Assembly: GCA_963726455.1 (NCBI GenBank)
Contig: CAVSCK010000001.1
Coordinates: 62,004-126,003 of the forward strand
Length of the DNA: 64,000 nucleotides
Reading direction: 5' to 3'
From: an uncultured bacterium
GTDB taxonomy: Bacteria; Zixibacteria; MSB-5A5; CAIYYT01
The notes beneath the pieces were generated by a model. That model ran no database searches, had not been told where the DNA came from, and saw only the letters and a program-made list of their open reading frames with translations. Every line of letters begins with the position of its first letter. Within the stretch, counting starts at the first letter, position 1. The translations under genes were made by a program, and so were the position numbers. Positions 54,247 to 64,000 of this stretch are shown piece after piece.

Positions 54247-55161
54247 TCAACGGTTTTTGAACTTTATGAATGTCCCTTTGCGATATTCCTCGAATGCCAC
54301 CTGCAGTTCTTCCTGAGTATTCATCACAATCGGGCCGTACCAGGCAACCGGTTCACGAATCGGCTTACCGGAGATAAGCAGGAATCGTATCGGCTCGGCT
54401 TCGGTGGTCACGACGATTTGTTCACCGTCGCCGAACAGCACGAGACTCGTGTTGTCGACGGCCGGCTCTCTGCCCATGTCGAAGTAGTTGGCGCCCTCGA
54501 CTTCGTAGGCGAACGGGTTCTTCTCACCGCAGAAATACCCGTTGCCGTCAATGACGTAGGCGAATACGGTGTGTCCCAGCTTAGTGGGATGTTTGTATTC
54601 CGTACCGGCGGGAACGGCTATGTCCAGATACTCCGGCTCGATCACGACATCCTGAACGGGGCCGACCACGTTGTCGACTTTGCCGCAGATCACACGGATG
54701 CTGACACCGCTGTCGGTTCGCACTTCGGGAATCAGTTTGGCAGTGACATCGCGGTAGCGCGGATCCATCATTTTCTGCGAGGCGGGGAGATTGGCCCAGA
54801 GCTGGAATCCGCCCATGTGGCCGCTTTGATCACCTTTGGGCATTTCCTGATGAATGATGCCGCTGCCGGCGGTCATCCATTGCACTTCGCCGGGATGGAT
54901 TACGCCCGTGTTGCCCAGACTGTCGCCGTGCTCGACATCGCCGGCCAGCATGTAGGTAATCGTTTCGATGCCCCGGTGCGGATGCCAGGGGAAACCCTTG
55001 ATAAAGTGACGCGGATCATCGCCGCGAAAATCGTCTAGGAGCAGAAAGGGGTCGAATTCGGGCACCTCGCTGTTACCAAACGCGCGCCTAAGGTGTACGC
55101 CGGCGCCTTCGATGGTGGGTCGGCTTCTTATTATCTTTCGGATTTGGCGAGTCTTGCCCAT
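54247..55161 (-). CDS. Pirin family protein
   Basis: DPFLLLD, HPHRGIET, WMTAGSGIIHQE, GPIVMNT. Confidence 0.95.
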   Translation of the reverse strand: MGKTRQIRKIIRSRPTIEGAGVHLRRAFGNSEVPEFDPFLLLDDFRGDDPRHFIKGFPWHPHRGIETITYMLAGDVEHGDSLGNTGVIHPGEVQWMTAGSGIIHQEMPKGDQSGHMGGFQLWANLPASQKMMDPRYRDVTAKLIPEVRTDSGVSIRVICGKVDNVVGPVQDVVIEPEYLDIAVPAGTEYKHPTKLGHTVFAYVIDGNGYFCGEKNPFAYEVEGANYFDMGREPAVDNTSLVLFGDGEQIVVTTEAEPIRFLLISGKPIREPVAWYGPIVMNTQEELQVAFEEYRKGTFIKFKNR

Positions 55162-55407
55162 TTGGTACTCCCTTTGCGGCCAAGTTACGGCGCACATATA
55201 TTGTTCGTAGCTGACTACATCAGTCATAGGAATTACGACGCCTGGGGTGACACTTTTTGATGGAAAATATTTTCACGCGGGCAGTGCGCAAACTACAGTC
55301 CGGGCTGAACGTAGACCTTGTGGAACGAAATGAAGAATGGCAGCTTACGTTCGGTTCATTTTTGAGCTTGTACCGGCTAACTTGCAGCTTACGATGAGGA
55401 GGCGCGC

Positions 55408-55857
55408 ATGGCATTGACTACGGTTAACGAGATTCTGGATTTCGCAATTCAAAAGGAGGAAGAGGCGGCGCAGTTCTATTTGGACTTGGCGTCCAAAGTC
55501 AGCCGCAAGAATATGAGGGAGGTCTTCCGCATATTCGCCCTAGAGGAGTTCGAACACAAGAGGAAACTAATCGGTGTGAAGCAAGGCGAAATCACGCTGT
55601 TGAACGAAGATCGGGTTGCTGATCTGGGAATCAGTGACAGCCGGGCCGACATAAATTTCTCCGCCGATCTTGATTTTGGCGAGGCGCTGATTATTGCGAT
55701 GAAGGCGGAGAAAGCGGCGTTCAAACTGTACACTGATCTTGCCGGTACGACGGATGACGCTGGTCTCAAGAGTCTGTTCCTGCTGCTCGCCCAGGAGGAG
55801 GCCCGCCACAAATTGCGGTTTGAGATTGAGTACGACGATTATATCAAAGAAAACTAG
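55408..55857 (+). CDS. Ferritin-like (rubrerythrin diiron domain) protein
   Basis: AIQKE...FY, EEFEH, AMKAE...LY, EEARH. Confidence 0.9.
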   Translation: MALTTVNEILDFAIQKEEEAAQFYLDLASKVSRKNMREVFRIFALEEFEHKRKLIGVKQGEITLLNEDRVADLGISDSRADINFSADLDFGEALIIAMKAEKAAFKLYTDLAGTTDDAGLKSLFLLLAQEEARHKLRFEIEYDDYIKEN

Positions 55858-55871
55858 TGAGACAAGACGGA

Positions 55872-58409
55872 CTAATTGCCCAGTTTGATCAGGAACGGGT
55901 ATTCCTGATCTTCGGGATTGATGCGGCAGGCCTCGGTAAGCGACTGCAAGCTACGCTGTTTATCGCCACTCATCTGATAGAGTATACTTTCCGTCAGCAG
56001 ACGATTTCCCTGCACAAAGCGAGACATTTTGGCAGTGTCGCCGATGTTGGTGAACACGGTTCCGATATCGGTGCGGTTATCTTCGAGGAATCTCAAATTC
56101 GTGACGAGGTTGGCATCATCGAGACAGGCGGGCGCAAAGAATTCGGTGTAGGAATGGTCGTCGGAATTGATTTTGCTGGAAGCGCCCAGGCGAGCGATTG
56201 CCGCGCCGTCCAAAGCCAACGTAGCTGCCAGGTGATAGGGTTCGATGTAGAAATTGGGGTCTGATCCGAGCTTGGCGACACGTTCGGACCATTGCTGGAA
56301 GTCGATCTGAATCGGGTCGAGCGAGCCCAACAGAACCGCGTGATAATGTCCCAGCCAGACAACGCTGTTCGGAAACACGGAGTGGAAGGTGCTGATGATG
56401 CCCATGAATTCTTTGGTGCGCAGTTTATGAAGCGGTAGGTATTGAGAGACTACGCCGCCAGGATTGAGATGCTGACGGCATAATTCGAAATAATCTTTGG
56501 TGTATAGATTTCCTGAGCCGAGAATCGGGTGCGTGGGGTCGCAGGAGATCAAGTCGTACTTGTTGGTGGTCTGCTGCAGGTAGTGTCGGCCGTCTCCGGC
56601 TATGATTTTGAGCCGTGGGTCGGTGACGACGTTATTGTTTACGTCGCGATAGAAGACTGCGGCATCTTCCAGGCCGGGCACGAGTTCGACGCATTCGATG
56701 GATTTGACATCGGGATGAGAGGCGATCGCCGAAGTGGTGACACCGATGCCAAAGCCGATGACCAGAACTTTGTTGCGTTCATTGCCGAAGAGGAAGGGAA
56801 AGTGGCCGACCATTTTGACGACCTTGATGGCGTCATAAGTTGAACCGATGACTGCGCTGTTGTTGACATAGGTGTACTTGGAACCGGTGAGGCTACTTTT
56901 GTCCTGTCCGACTGAGAGGGTGCCTTCCACTGATTCACGGTAGAAAAGTACCTCCGAGCTCGCGCGGCTGAATGAGGGAGGGAGAATTCTGATTTCGGGG
57001 TGAGCGACGACTATAATCAGCAATGCTACAGTGATGACATATATGATAGTTCTCAGATGTCTGTTCTTATGATGGGATGGCAGGAGTTGAAAGATGTAGA
57101 GCGATACACCAAGCAGAAGCGCGGCTATCAGCATCGTTGAAAGGACAACTCCGAACAACGGCAGGAAAATGAAGGTCGTGATGATCGGGCCGACGACGCA
57201 TCCGGCTGTGTTCAGGAGCAATACTGTTCCAACATCTTTGCTGATGGTTGGATTTCCGGCGGTGTACATGCGGCAAGCCAGGGGGAACGCGTAGCCGGAA
57301 AGTATCGACGGCGGAATCACGATCAGTAGCGAAGCCACGAACGGCAGCAGAAGCACGCGCGCCAGCGGCGCACTGAGCAACGACTGAAATGGGAACATGA
57401 GAATTTGCGGCAGGAAAATGAGAACCAGTAAACCGAAGGCGGTGAGCGCCACCATCCAGAGAAAAACTTGCAGCATCGTGCGAGAGTAATCAGTGATCCG
57501 GCCGCCACGCGACTTGAAGTAGAGACTGCCGGCGAACAGTCCAAGAATCACCAGCGAAGCAACCAAGGCGAACGTGTAACTGGTATTGGCGAAGTAAACG
57601 CGAAAGGCCCTGATCCAGAGCACTTGCAGGCCCAGCATGGCAAACCCGCAGATGATAGTGCCAATGATGGCGATTTGTCGCAAACGCGCTGTGGTAGCAG
57701 CGCTTTCCGCAGGCCGTTTCTTGCCGGCGCCTTTGTGGATTGGATCTTCCGGCAAAGGATCTGCCGGAGAGGTTTCGCTGATCATGAGGGATTTCTGTCT
57801 AATGAACAGCCAAGCCGCGAGCAGGATGTTGACTGTGACCGCCAGAAAGACGGTGTTCTTTTGTCCCAGCATTCCCAGGAAGACGAAGCCGGCGGCCAGC
57901 CCGCCGATAGTGCTGCCGAGGGTTTCCAGGGCATAGAGGTGTCCGAGTGCCGGCGCGATAGCTTTATTGGTTCGTATTGTTATTCTGCAAATGATAGGGA
58001 AGATGCCACCCATTAAAAACGTCTGGGCGAACAACAGAGCGGCAGAGACTACAAACACAATCAGTCCTGCGACTGCGCCGGAGCCGAGGAGCGCGTAGAG
58101 TCCGGGTATGGCGCCGGTGATGATGAAATAGTCGAGCGCGCCGACGAGACCGACCCCACCCAATAGCAGCGCCAGCAGCAAACCTGTGCGACCCTGAGCC
58201 GTTGTCCGGTTGCCCCAGAAGTAGGCGCCGGTACCCAGCCCGGCCATGAATGAGGCGAGGACGATGGTTGAGGCCGTAACTGTCGTTCCCAGTACCAGAG
58301 ACAGCAGTCGATTCCAACTAACTTCGTAGATCAGGAAGGCGAAACCGGTCAGGAAGATGACTATATAGGGAGCGAGATTCTCGGGACGGGATTCAGATTT
58401 CAGACTCAC
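55872..58409 (-). CDS. Fused MFS-like membrane domain/spermidine synthase-like protein
   Basis: About 13 TM helices (YEVSW.R, FMAGLG.G, LMGG.FP); IGFGIGVT, VEL, DGRHYL, YDLI..DP, LYT.DYF. Confidence 0.9.
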   Translation of the reverse strand: MSLKSESRPENLAPYIVIFLTGFAFLIYEVSWNRLLSLVLGTTVTASTIVLASFMAGLGTGAYFWGNRTTAQGRTGLLLALLLGGVGLVGALDYFIITGAIPGLYALLGSGAVAGLIVFVVSAALLFAQTFLMGGIFPIICRITIRTNKAIAPALGHLYALETLGSTIGGLAAGFVFLGMLGQKNTVFLAVTVNILLAAWLFIRQKSLMISETSPADPLPEDPIHKGAGKKRPAESAATTARLRQIAIIGTIICGFAMLGLQVLWIRAFRVYFANTSYTFALVASLVILGLFAGSLYFKSRGGRITDYSRTMLQVFLWMVALTAFGLLVLIFLPQILMFPFQSLLSAPLARVLLLPFVASLLIVIPPSILSGYAFPLACRMYTAGNPTISKDVGTVLLLNTAGCVVGPIITTFIFLPLFGVVLSTMLIAALLLGVSLYIFQLLPSHHKNRHLRTIIYVITVALLIIVVAHPEIRILPPSFSRASSEVLFYRESVEGTLSVGQDKSSLTGSKYTYVNNSAVIGSTYDAIKVVKMVGHFPFLFGNERNKVLVIGFGIGVTTSAIASHPDVKSIECVELVPGLEDAAVFYRDVNNNVVTDPRLKIIAGDGRHYLQQTTNKYDLISCDPTHPILGSGNLYTKDYFELCRQHLNPGGVVSQYLPLHKLRTKEFMGIISTFHSVFPNSVVWLGHYHAVLLGSLDPIQIDFQQWSERVAKLGSDPNFYIEPYHLAATLALDGAAIARLGASSKINSDDHSYTEFFAPACLDDANLVTNLRFLEDNRTDIGTVFTNIGDTAKMSRFVQGNRLLTESILYQMSGDKQRSLQSLTEACRINPEDQEYPFLIKLGN

Positions 58410-58639
58410 GGTCCTCCGGGGAAAGATTCCAGCAGCAGTATCTCTGCCTTGACAAATTAGTTGTGTGCGGCATCAAAAGCAAGGTCAGTGATTTACGGTA
58501 GGCAAGTCTCTCTCCTTACAATTGAGCCATGACAAAGACCGGGGCTTGGAAATTGCTTGTTGAGTGAACTCTCCTGACCTAGATTATCGCCGGAGCAGGT
58601 TTGAACCATGCTGAAAGTTTACGAAAAGGAGGTACTAAG

Positions 58640-59305
58640 ATGGTTCAACGGAAGTCTGACACATGGCTTTGGGTTTCGTCCATTTCGAGACTCAGCGCGC
58701 GATTGCGAGAGCACGTTCTGTCATTCGTGATGGTTGCCTTCTTGATTCTTACGCTGAGCGGTTCAGGATTAGCGGCGGGTATGAATGCATATTTCGGCGC
58801 GACGTTGGGAATCGCCAAGTCAACAATTGACAAAGGGCATTTCAGCTTTGAGACCAATGACCTCTCCGGTTCCGAAACGGGCTGGCGTGTTTTGGGAGGA
58901 TGCCAGTTGATGCCCAACCTGGGGCTTGAAATCGGATATGCCTACCTGGGCAAACCCCAGGCACAGGAGACAGTATTCGGGGATTATTTCGAGACCAAGC
59001 TGAGCGGCGTCGAAGTCATGCCCATCGGGACTCTTCCGATAGGGAATAGTCTCTCGGCTTTTGCACGAGCCGGAGTTGTCTTCTGGCGTTCTGCGATGAC
59101 GACGCAAAGCACGTATCAGAGCAGTGGGACGGTCAACGAGTCGGGGAGTAGTGTGACTTTTGGTGTAGGTGCGAAATATGCGTTTCTGAAGATATTCGCG
59201 GTTCGTGCCGAGTACACTCGATACGCAATCGACAAGGCCAAGGCCGGCCTCGGAGACGTGAACTTCATATCGGTCAGCGGAGTGGTGACGATTTTCGGTA
59301 AGTAG
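58640..59305 (+). CDS. OmpA-like outer membrane beta-barrel protein
   Basis: LEIGYAYLG, AFARAG, FGVGAKY, VRAEY; AGGAGGT RBS. Confidence 0.82.
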   Translation: MVQRKSDTWLWVSSISRLSARLREHVLSFVMVAFLILTLSGSGLAAGMNAYFGATLGIAKSTIDKGHFSFETNDLSGSETGWRVLGGCQLMPNLGLEIGYAYLGKPQAQETVFGDYFETKLSGVEVMPIGTLPIGNSLSAFARAGVVFWRSAMTTQSTYQSSGTVNESGSSVTFGVGAKYAFLKIFAVRAEYTRYAIDKAKAGLGDVNFISVSGVVTIFGK

Positions 59306-59349
59306 TTGACTCGTGAATCGACTGCAGGCGAATGCATCGGTTAAGGCAG

Positions 59350-60289
59350 CTAGCTCTTTTTGCCGTAGACGTCGGTACTCAAGATATTTCAGACCGGAAT
59401 CTACCATCAAGGTTACTATGCTAGCATTTGGTCCCAGCCGTTCGCCGACTTTGATGGCTGCAATGACATTCGCTCCTGATGACGTCCCGGCAAACAGGCC
59501 TTCGTCGCGAGCCAGACGCCTCGCCATAGCTTTGGCGTCCTCGGTTTTCACTGCCACGATTTCGTCAACAAGACTCGGATCCCAGAGCGGTGGAATATAA
59601 CCGATGCCGACGCCTTCAATTTTGTGGGGTCCGGGCTGACCGCCTGACAATACTGCGGATTCGGCGGGCTCGACTGCTATTATCTTGATCATGGAATCGT
59701 GCTGCTTCAGGACGGTTGCCACGCCTCGCAAGCTGGCAGCGGTGCCTACGGATTGAACAAAGGCATCGAGCTTGCCGTCGGTCTGGCTCCAGATTTCCTC
59801 GGCCAGGGCAAAGTAACCGGTAATGCTGTCAGCATTACTGAGTTGATTGGTCCAGAAGGAATGCGGCTTCTTACTGATTTCTCTGGCGGCCTCGATCATG
59901 TCCAGGATCAGTTTCTTGGTGGTGAGTCCGCCTTCACTCGGGACCAGTGTGAGTTCGGCGCCGAATGCTGCCATTTGTCTCAGTTTCTCCTGGCTGAATG
60001 CTTCAGAGGAGACGATGTGCAAACGATAGCCTTTGGCCACGCAAATCAAGGCGAGCGAAATGCCGGTGCTGCCTCCGGTATACTCAACAATCGTATCTCC
60101 GGGCTTGAGGCGGCCATCCTCCTCAGCCCGCGCAATCATCGCCTGGGCGGTGCGGTCTTTCATGCTGCCGGTCGGATTTTCCCATTCAAGTTTAGCAAAT
60201 ATCTTCGCGCAATTGAAAGGAACGACCTTCTGCAATTGCACGATCGAAGTGTTGCCAATTGCTGACAGTACGTTTTTGCTAATGCTCAT
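59350..60289 (-). CDS. Cysteine synthase family PLP enzyme, frameshifted near 59381
   Basis: IGNT, KLEWENPTGSMKDR, GTSSGAN, DSGLKYL; the shifted frame gives the usual YLSTD end, stop at 59350-59352. Confidence 0.9.
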
Positions 60290-60536
60290 ATAGTCTCATT
60301 CCCTATCCGATGACTTGCCACAATTTCCGAGAATGTGGAAGACGTGCCAACAAAAATCAGCTCGATTGGGAAATATCCACGTCTTGGATAGTTGCTATTC
60401 AATCCCCGCTGCCGACGATTTTTCTACTTCGCGCGTATCAAAAAGTCATCCAGCAGCTTAGCCGGATTCTGCTCCCTTGGCACACCTCTTGCCCTACTTC
60501 TCGCGTATTTCAGGTCATTCAAGAAGGAGTGGAAAT

Positions 60537-62036
60537 ATGTTTGAGAGTCGCAAGTCTTCGTACCGGAGATGGCGTTATCCGTCCTGGGCGGTGATAATCA
60601 TATTCATATGCTGTCTGGTGAGTTGTGCTGACGATCGTCCGAAGGGACCGTTGGAGCCGTCGACGGACCTGGGGCCGACCGCGGTGATTTCCAATCTCCG
60701 GGTCACAGCAATAACTGCAGACAGAATAACCATTAGCTGGACGGCTCCACCGTGGAAAGGCGAAGAAATCCAATATCAGATTCGGCATTCAGAGGACTCG
60801 CTCACTGTCGCCAATTGGTCCGAAGGTGTGGAATGTCTGTATGTACCGCCCGTGGAGGATTCCGGTAGAACTCAGTCATACGATGTGGCGGGGCTACCCG
60901 CAGGAAAGTTGTCTTACATCGCTATAAGGGCCTGTAATACCAAGAACTACCTTGGGCCAATCTCGAAAAACATTTCCGGGATACTTCCTTCACTTCTCTC
61001 GACGCCGTTGAGGCATAGTTACAGCGGGGATGTAATAACTGCACTCGACTTTGATTCGGATGGGGACATGGATATAGCAATAGTCAGGACAGGACAATTC
61101 GGAGATGATTTGTCTATTCTGAGAAACGACGGAACGGGCAGGTTTGCGCTGAATCAATCGTTGTCTCTCAACGGCAGTTTAAGTGCGATTCGAGCCGCGG
61201 ATTTCAACAACGACGGATCCAAAGATATCGCGGTCTTGTCGACCAGTTTTGTATTTGTGCTCATCAATGACGGCCTGGGGCAGGTTGCGGTTTCGGATTC
61301 AATAAATATCGGGCTCATGGGAGGCGCCATGCAAGTCGGCGACTTCGATCGCGACGGCTTTCCCGATATCGTAATCGGAAACACATATTCCGGCGGCAAA
61401 TTTGGGGGCATTAGCCGTTCGTTAGCCATCTACTTCAATGACCGAACCGGCGGATTTGGTTACGCAGACACTGTGAGCACGGCATACAGCATTTCCGATA
61501 TCTGCCCATTCGACGCCGATAATGACGGTGACCTCGACATCGCGTCCACTTACGCAGGTACCGAGACGATACAAATCTTTTACAACGACGGAACCGGTCG
61601 TAAATGGAATAGTCAGCAGAGCGTCGGCATCGGTAAGTACTGGCCCTTTGTAACTCATGGTGATCTGAACAACGACGGCAAATTGGACTTGATAGGAGTC
61701 AGTTGGGACGGGGACCTAATAACGTCCGTGCTTCGAGAGAATCAGGGGGTGTACAGCGTTACCCGTTCCACACCCGGCGCAGGAAAGGGTTCTGAAATTC
61801 GCTTGGGCGATTTTGACGGAGATGGTTTCCTGGATATCGCGCGGGCGGAATACGGCACGCTCACTCTCCATGTCAATGATAGATACGGCGGTTTTGCCGG
61901 TGCTGCGACATATTCCGCCGGTAATGAAGCGTATCTATCAGCTCTGGAGGTCGCGGACTTTAACGGAGATGGCCACCCGGATGTAGCAGTAATCCAGAAC
62001 GCCGGTGAATTGATCATATACTCCTCATCACTTTGA
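60537..62036 (+). CDS. Lipoprotein with an FN3-like domain and FG-GAP/VCBS repeats
   Basis: LVSC lipobox; ISWTAP...YQIR; repeated DFxxDGxxDI motifs. Confidence 0.85.
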   Translation: MFESRKSSYRRWRYPSWAVIIIFICCLVSCADDRPKGPLEPSTDLGPTAVISNLRVTAITADRITISWTAPPWKGEEIQYQIRHSEDSLTVANWSEGVECLYVPPVEDSGRTQSYDVAGLPAGKLSYIAIRACNTKNYLGPISKNISGILPSLLSTPLRHSYSGDVITALDFDSDGDMDIAIVRTGQFGDDLSILRNDGTGRFALNQSLSLNGSLSAIRAADFNNDGSKDIAVLSTSFVFVLINDGLGQVAVSDSINIGLMGGAMQVGDFDRDGFPDIVIGNTYSGGKFGGISRSLAIYFNDRTGGFGYADTVSTAYSISDICPFDADNDGDLDIASTYAGTETIQIFYNDGTGRKWNSQQSVGIGKYWPFVTHGDLNNDGKLDLIGVSWDGDLITSVLRENQGVYSVTRSTPGAGKGSEIRLGDFDGDGFLDIARAEYGTLTLHVNDRYGGFAGAATYSAGNEAYLSALEVADFNGDGHPDVAVIQNAGELIIYSSSL

Positions 62037-62070
62037 GGGGCAGAACATCGTTCGAACGGAGTAAGAACAC

Positions 62071-62098
62071 GAAAGCCCCGGATCACACCGGGACTTTC
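62071..62098. terminator. Possible terminator hairpin
   Basis: gaaagccccgg-atcaca-ccgggactttc. Confidence 0.45.
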
Positions 62099-62447
62099 TA
62101 ATTCAATGGCGGGCACTACGAGTTGCGTTCTGCAACTGGGTGATAGAGAACGCGGTCCAGTGAGTGCCCAAACCGTACTATCTGCAGCTCCTGAGTGAAT
62201 TCGTCGGACTGTTCCGACCACCTACTCGCAGACTCGGCGGACTATCGAATCGGTGCTCTCGTAGGTTTCCCTGAAACACTTTGGTAAGTTTTTCGCAACA
62301 TTGTCAGAACAGTCTACGTATGAGAGATTACTATATCTTTCGAAAGAACGATTTGGGCATGCGGTCGAACCGTTTCCCGCAGCAGAGAGCCCAAGGACTT
62401 GCATGCATAGACGGCAGTTGCAGGAAACTGAAGCGAGGAACTATGTT

Positions 62448-63890
62448 ATGAAGATGCGAATACTCATGTTTAATTGTCTACTATTGGTGCTGCTACTTCT
62501 CCCTTGCGTGGTGCACGGACAGGGGACGGGAACGACCGTCAGCCCCGAGAAGGTGTTCGATCAGGTGTGGCAGACACTTGATCGTGCTTATGGCCAGTTC
62601 CCCAATAAACACGTGGATTGGGCGGCCCTTTATAGGGTCTATCGGCCACAGATCACCGCAAAAACAAGCGACGGCGATCTGCACCGGATTCTCCTCGAGA
62701 TGCTTGGACATCTAAACGATGCCCACGTATGTATTCAAACCGACACGAGCCGCACCTGTTGCGGCTTGATTGAAGGTTTGCCCAGACAAGGGTTCTCCCA
62801 ACGCCTGATAGAAACCAAATTCCTGAATGGAAAGGCAAAGTGGGCGCTCGATAGCTGTCTGCTATACGGATGGTTGGATGAACGAATCGGCTACCTGCAT
62901 ATTGAGGATTTTAAGAACAAGCCTGGCGAGTTAACTCAGGCAATCGATGAGTGCGTGAAGGAGTTCGCCGGCGCTTCTGCGCTGATACTCGATGTTCGCC
63001 ACAATACTGGCGGGCGTGCGGCAAATGCCGAAGCTGTGGCCGGTCGCTTTGCCGATCGTAAGCGGTGTTTCGCCTCTAGTTTCGATCGCTACGGCGAGCG
63101 GCATGATGATTTCCTGCCGCGCATCTACAGGAATATCGAACCGGCTGGACCGATTCAGTTTACGAACCCCGTAGTAGTGCTGACCAATCGCCATACCGAG
63201 AGCGCTGCCGAGATCTTTGTTCTGGCCATGCGTGTCTTGCCGCATGTCACCATTGTCGGTGATCTTACCGGCGGCGCCTTAGGGGCTCAGTATCCGGAAA
63301 ACCTGCCGAATGGCTGGACCTTATGGGTTGCTCACAAGCGTACCCTCGATCACGAAGGGATTTGCTGGGATGGTGTGGGAATACCACCCGACGTGCGGAT
63401 CACGAACGCTCAGTCCGACATCGATTCAGGTCGGGACCGCGTTCTGCAGTTTGCTCTCCTCTACCTTGAAACGGGAAAGCCGCTACCGCAAGAGGAGCCG
63501 GGCAGTCTCGCTGACATCCGAACCTCTCTCGTGCAGGAATTCAAACAGAACCTTGACAAGTCCGGACTGGAATTCGCAGCAGACGACTTCAGGAGCAAGA
63601 TGAAGAGCCGGGACCAGCGTTACTACTTCAGCCCCATAGAGATTGTGGAGTTGGCCCGCGAATATTCAGGCAAAGAGGAATTTAAGCCGGCAATCGAACT
63701 ACTGGAAATCTGCCGGGCGGAATGCCCGCAGTTCGCTTACACCTACGGGCTGCTGGCCGCCGCCTATTTTAACTCTGAAAATAAGGAGGCCGCAAAGGCG
63801 GTCGTCGCCGAAGGAGATAAGGTCAAGGCCACGTATTCGTTTGAGAAGCCGCTTCTGGAAAAAGTGAAGCAAGCGCTTGCAGGAAAGTAG
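62448..63890 (+). CDS. Exported S41 peptidase with a C-terminal TPR-like region
   Basis: L.DAH, IGYLHI, LILDVRHNTGG, TESAAE, LPNGW, GVGIPPD. Confidence 0.9.
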   Translation: MKMRILMFNCLLLVLLLLPCVVHGQGTGTTVSPEKVFDQVWQTLDRAYGQFPNKHVDWAALYRVYRPQITAKTSDGDLHRILLEMLGHLNDAHVCIQTDTSRTCCGLIEGLPRQGFSQRLIETKFLNGKAKWALDSCLLYGWLDERIGYLHIEDFKNKPGELTQAIDECVKEFAGASALILDVRHNTGGRAANAEAVAGRFADRKRCFASSFDRYGERHDDFLPRIYRNIEPAGPIQFTNPVVVLTNRHTESAAEIFVLAMRVLPHVTIVGDLTGGALGAQYPENLPNGWTLWVAHKRTLDHEGICWDGVGIPPDVRITNAQSDIDSGRDRVLQFALLYLETGKPLPQEEPGSLADIRTSLVQEFKQNLDKSGLEFAADDFRSKMKSRDQRYYFSPIEIVELAREYSGKEEFKPAIELLEICRAECPQFAYTYGLLAAAYFNSENKEAAKAVVAEGDKVKATYSFEKPLLEKVKQALAGK

Positions 63891-63956
63891 GTGGATTGAA
63901 ATATAAGAGCTCGTTGTCTAAGTCCTCGAGCCGATTAATTGGCTGCATCGCCCCAA

Positions 63957-63988
63957 CAAAAAGTGACCCCGCCCTTCTGGCGGGGTCA
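63957..63988. terminator. Terminator hairpin (U-tract on the minus strand)
   Basis: aaaaaa then tgaccccgcc-cttct-ggcggggtca. Confidence 0.65.
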
Positions 63989-64000
63989 ACTCTTAATGGC

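Noticed and set aside
58820-60289. 489-aa cysteine synthase fusion overlapping the opposite-strand barrel gene
   Set aside because: One extra base near 59381 explains the extension; the normal YLSTD terminus lies in the shifted frame

Overview
Bacterial chromosomal segment of moderately high GC with about 45 CDS. Paired dockerin-like repeats and an FlgD/T9SS-A-type 'QNFPNPFNP' C-terminal domain suggest candidate phylum Zixibacteria or a related FCB lineage (inference). Core genes: lon, htpX, ptrB, Rrf2-iscS-mnmA, and a minus-strand run obg-dprA-ptsH-ptsI-pgi/pmi-[four uncharacterised membrane genes including DUF6754]-nucleotidyltransferase-metK-ahcY. The best candidate for an undescribed system is a CRISPR-free operon at 25885-33889: ECF sigma, putative anti-sigma, TPR-CHAT (caspase-like) protease, secreted subtilase and secreted FlgD-tailed protein. 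The last two share seven copies of a six-cysteine ~65-aa repeat I do not recognise. A second candidate at 41968-48632 combines a cNMP-binding histidine kinase, DUF3307 and a double class III cyclase-STAND-TPR protein, followed by a sigma54-type promoter and a lipoprotein. Also notable: a stand-alone protease pro-domain gene, a 90-bp duplicated gene end bracketing an insert, REP/REPIN-like elements, a truncated duplicate mini-ORF of an RHH regulator, and exported redox proteins. Six genes carry single-base frameshifts, most likely assembly errors. No rRNA, tRNA, CRISPR array or transposase was recognised. All calls come from motif reading; no database search was run.
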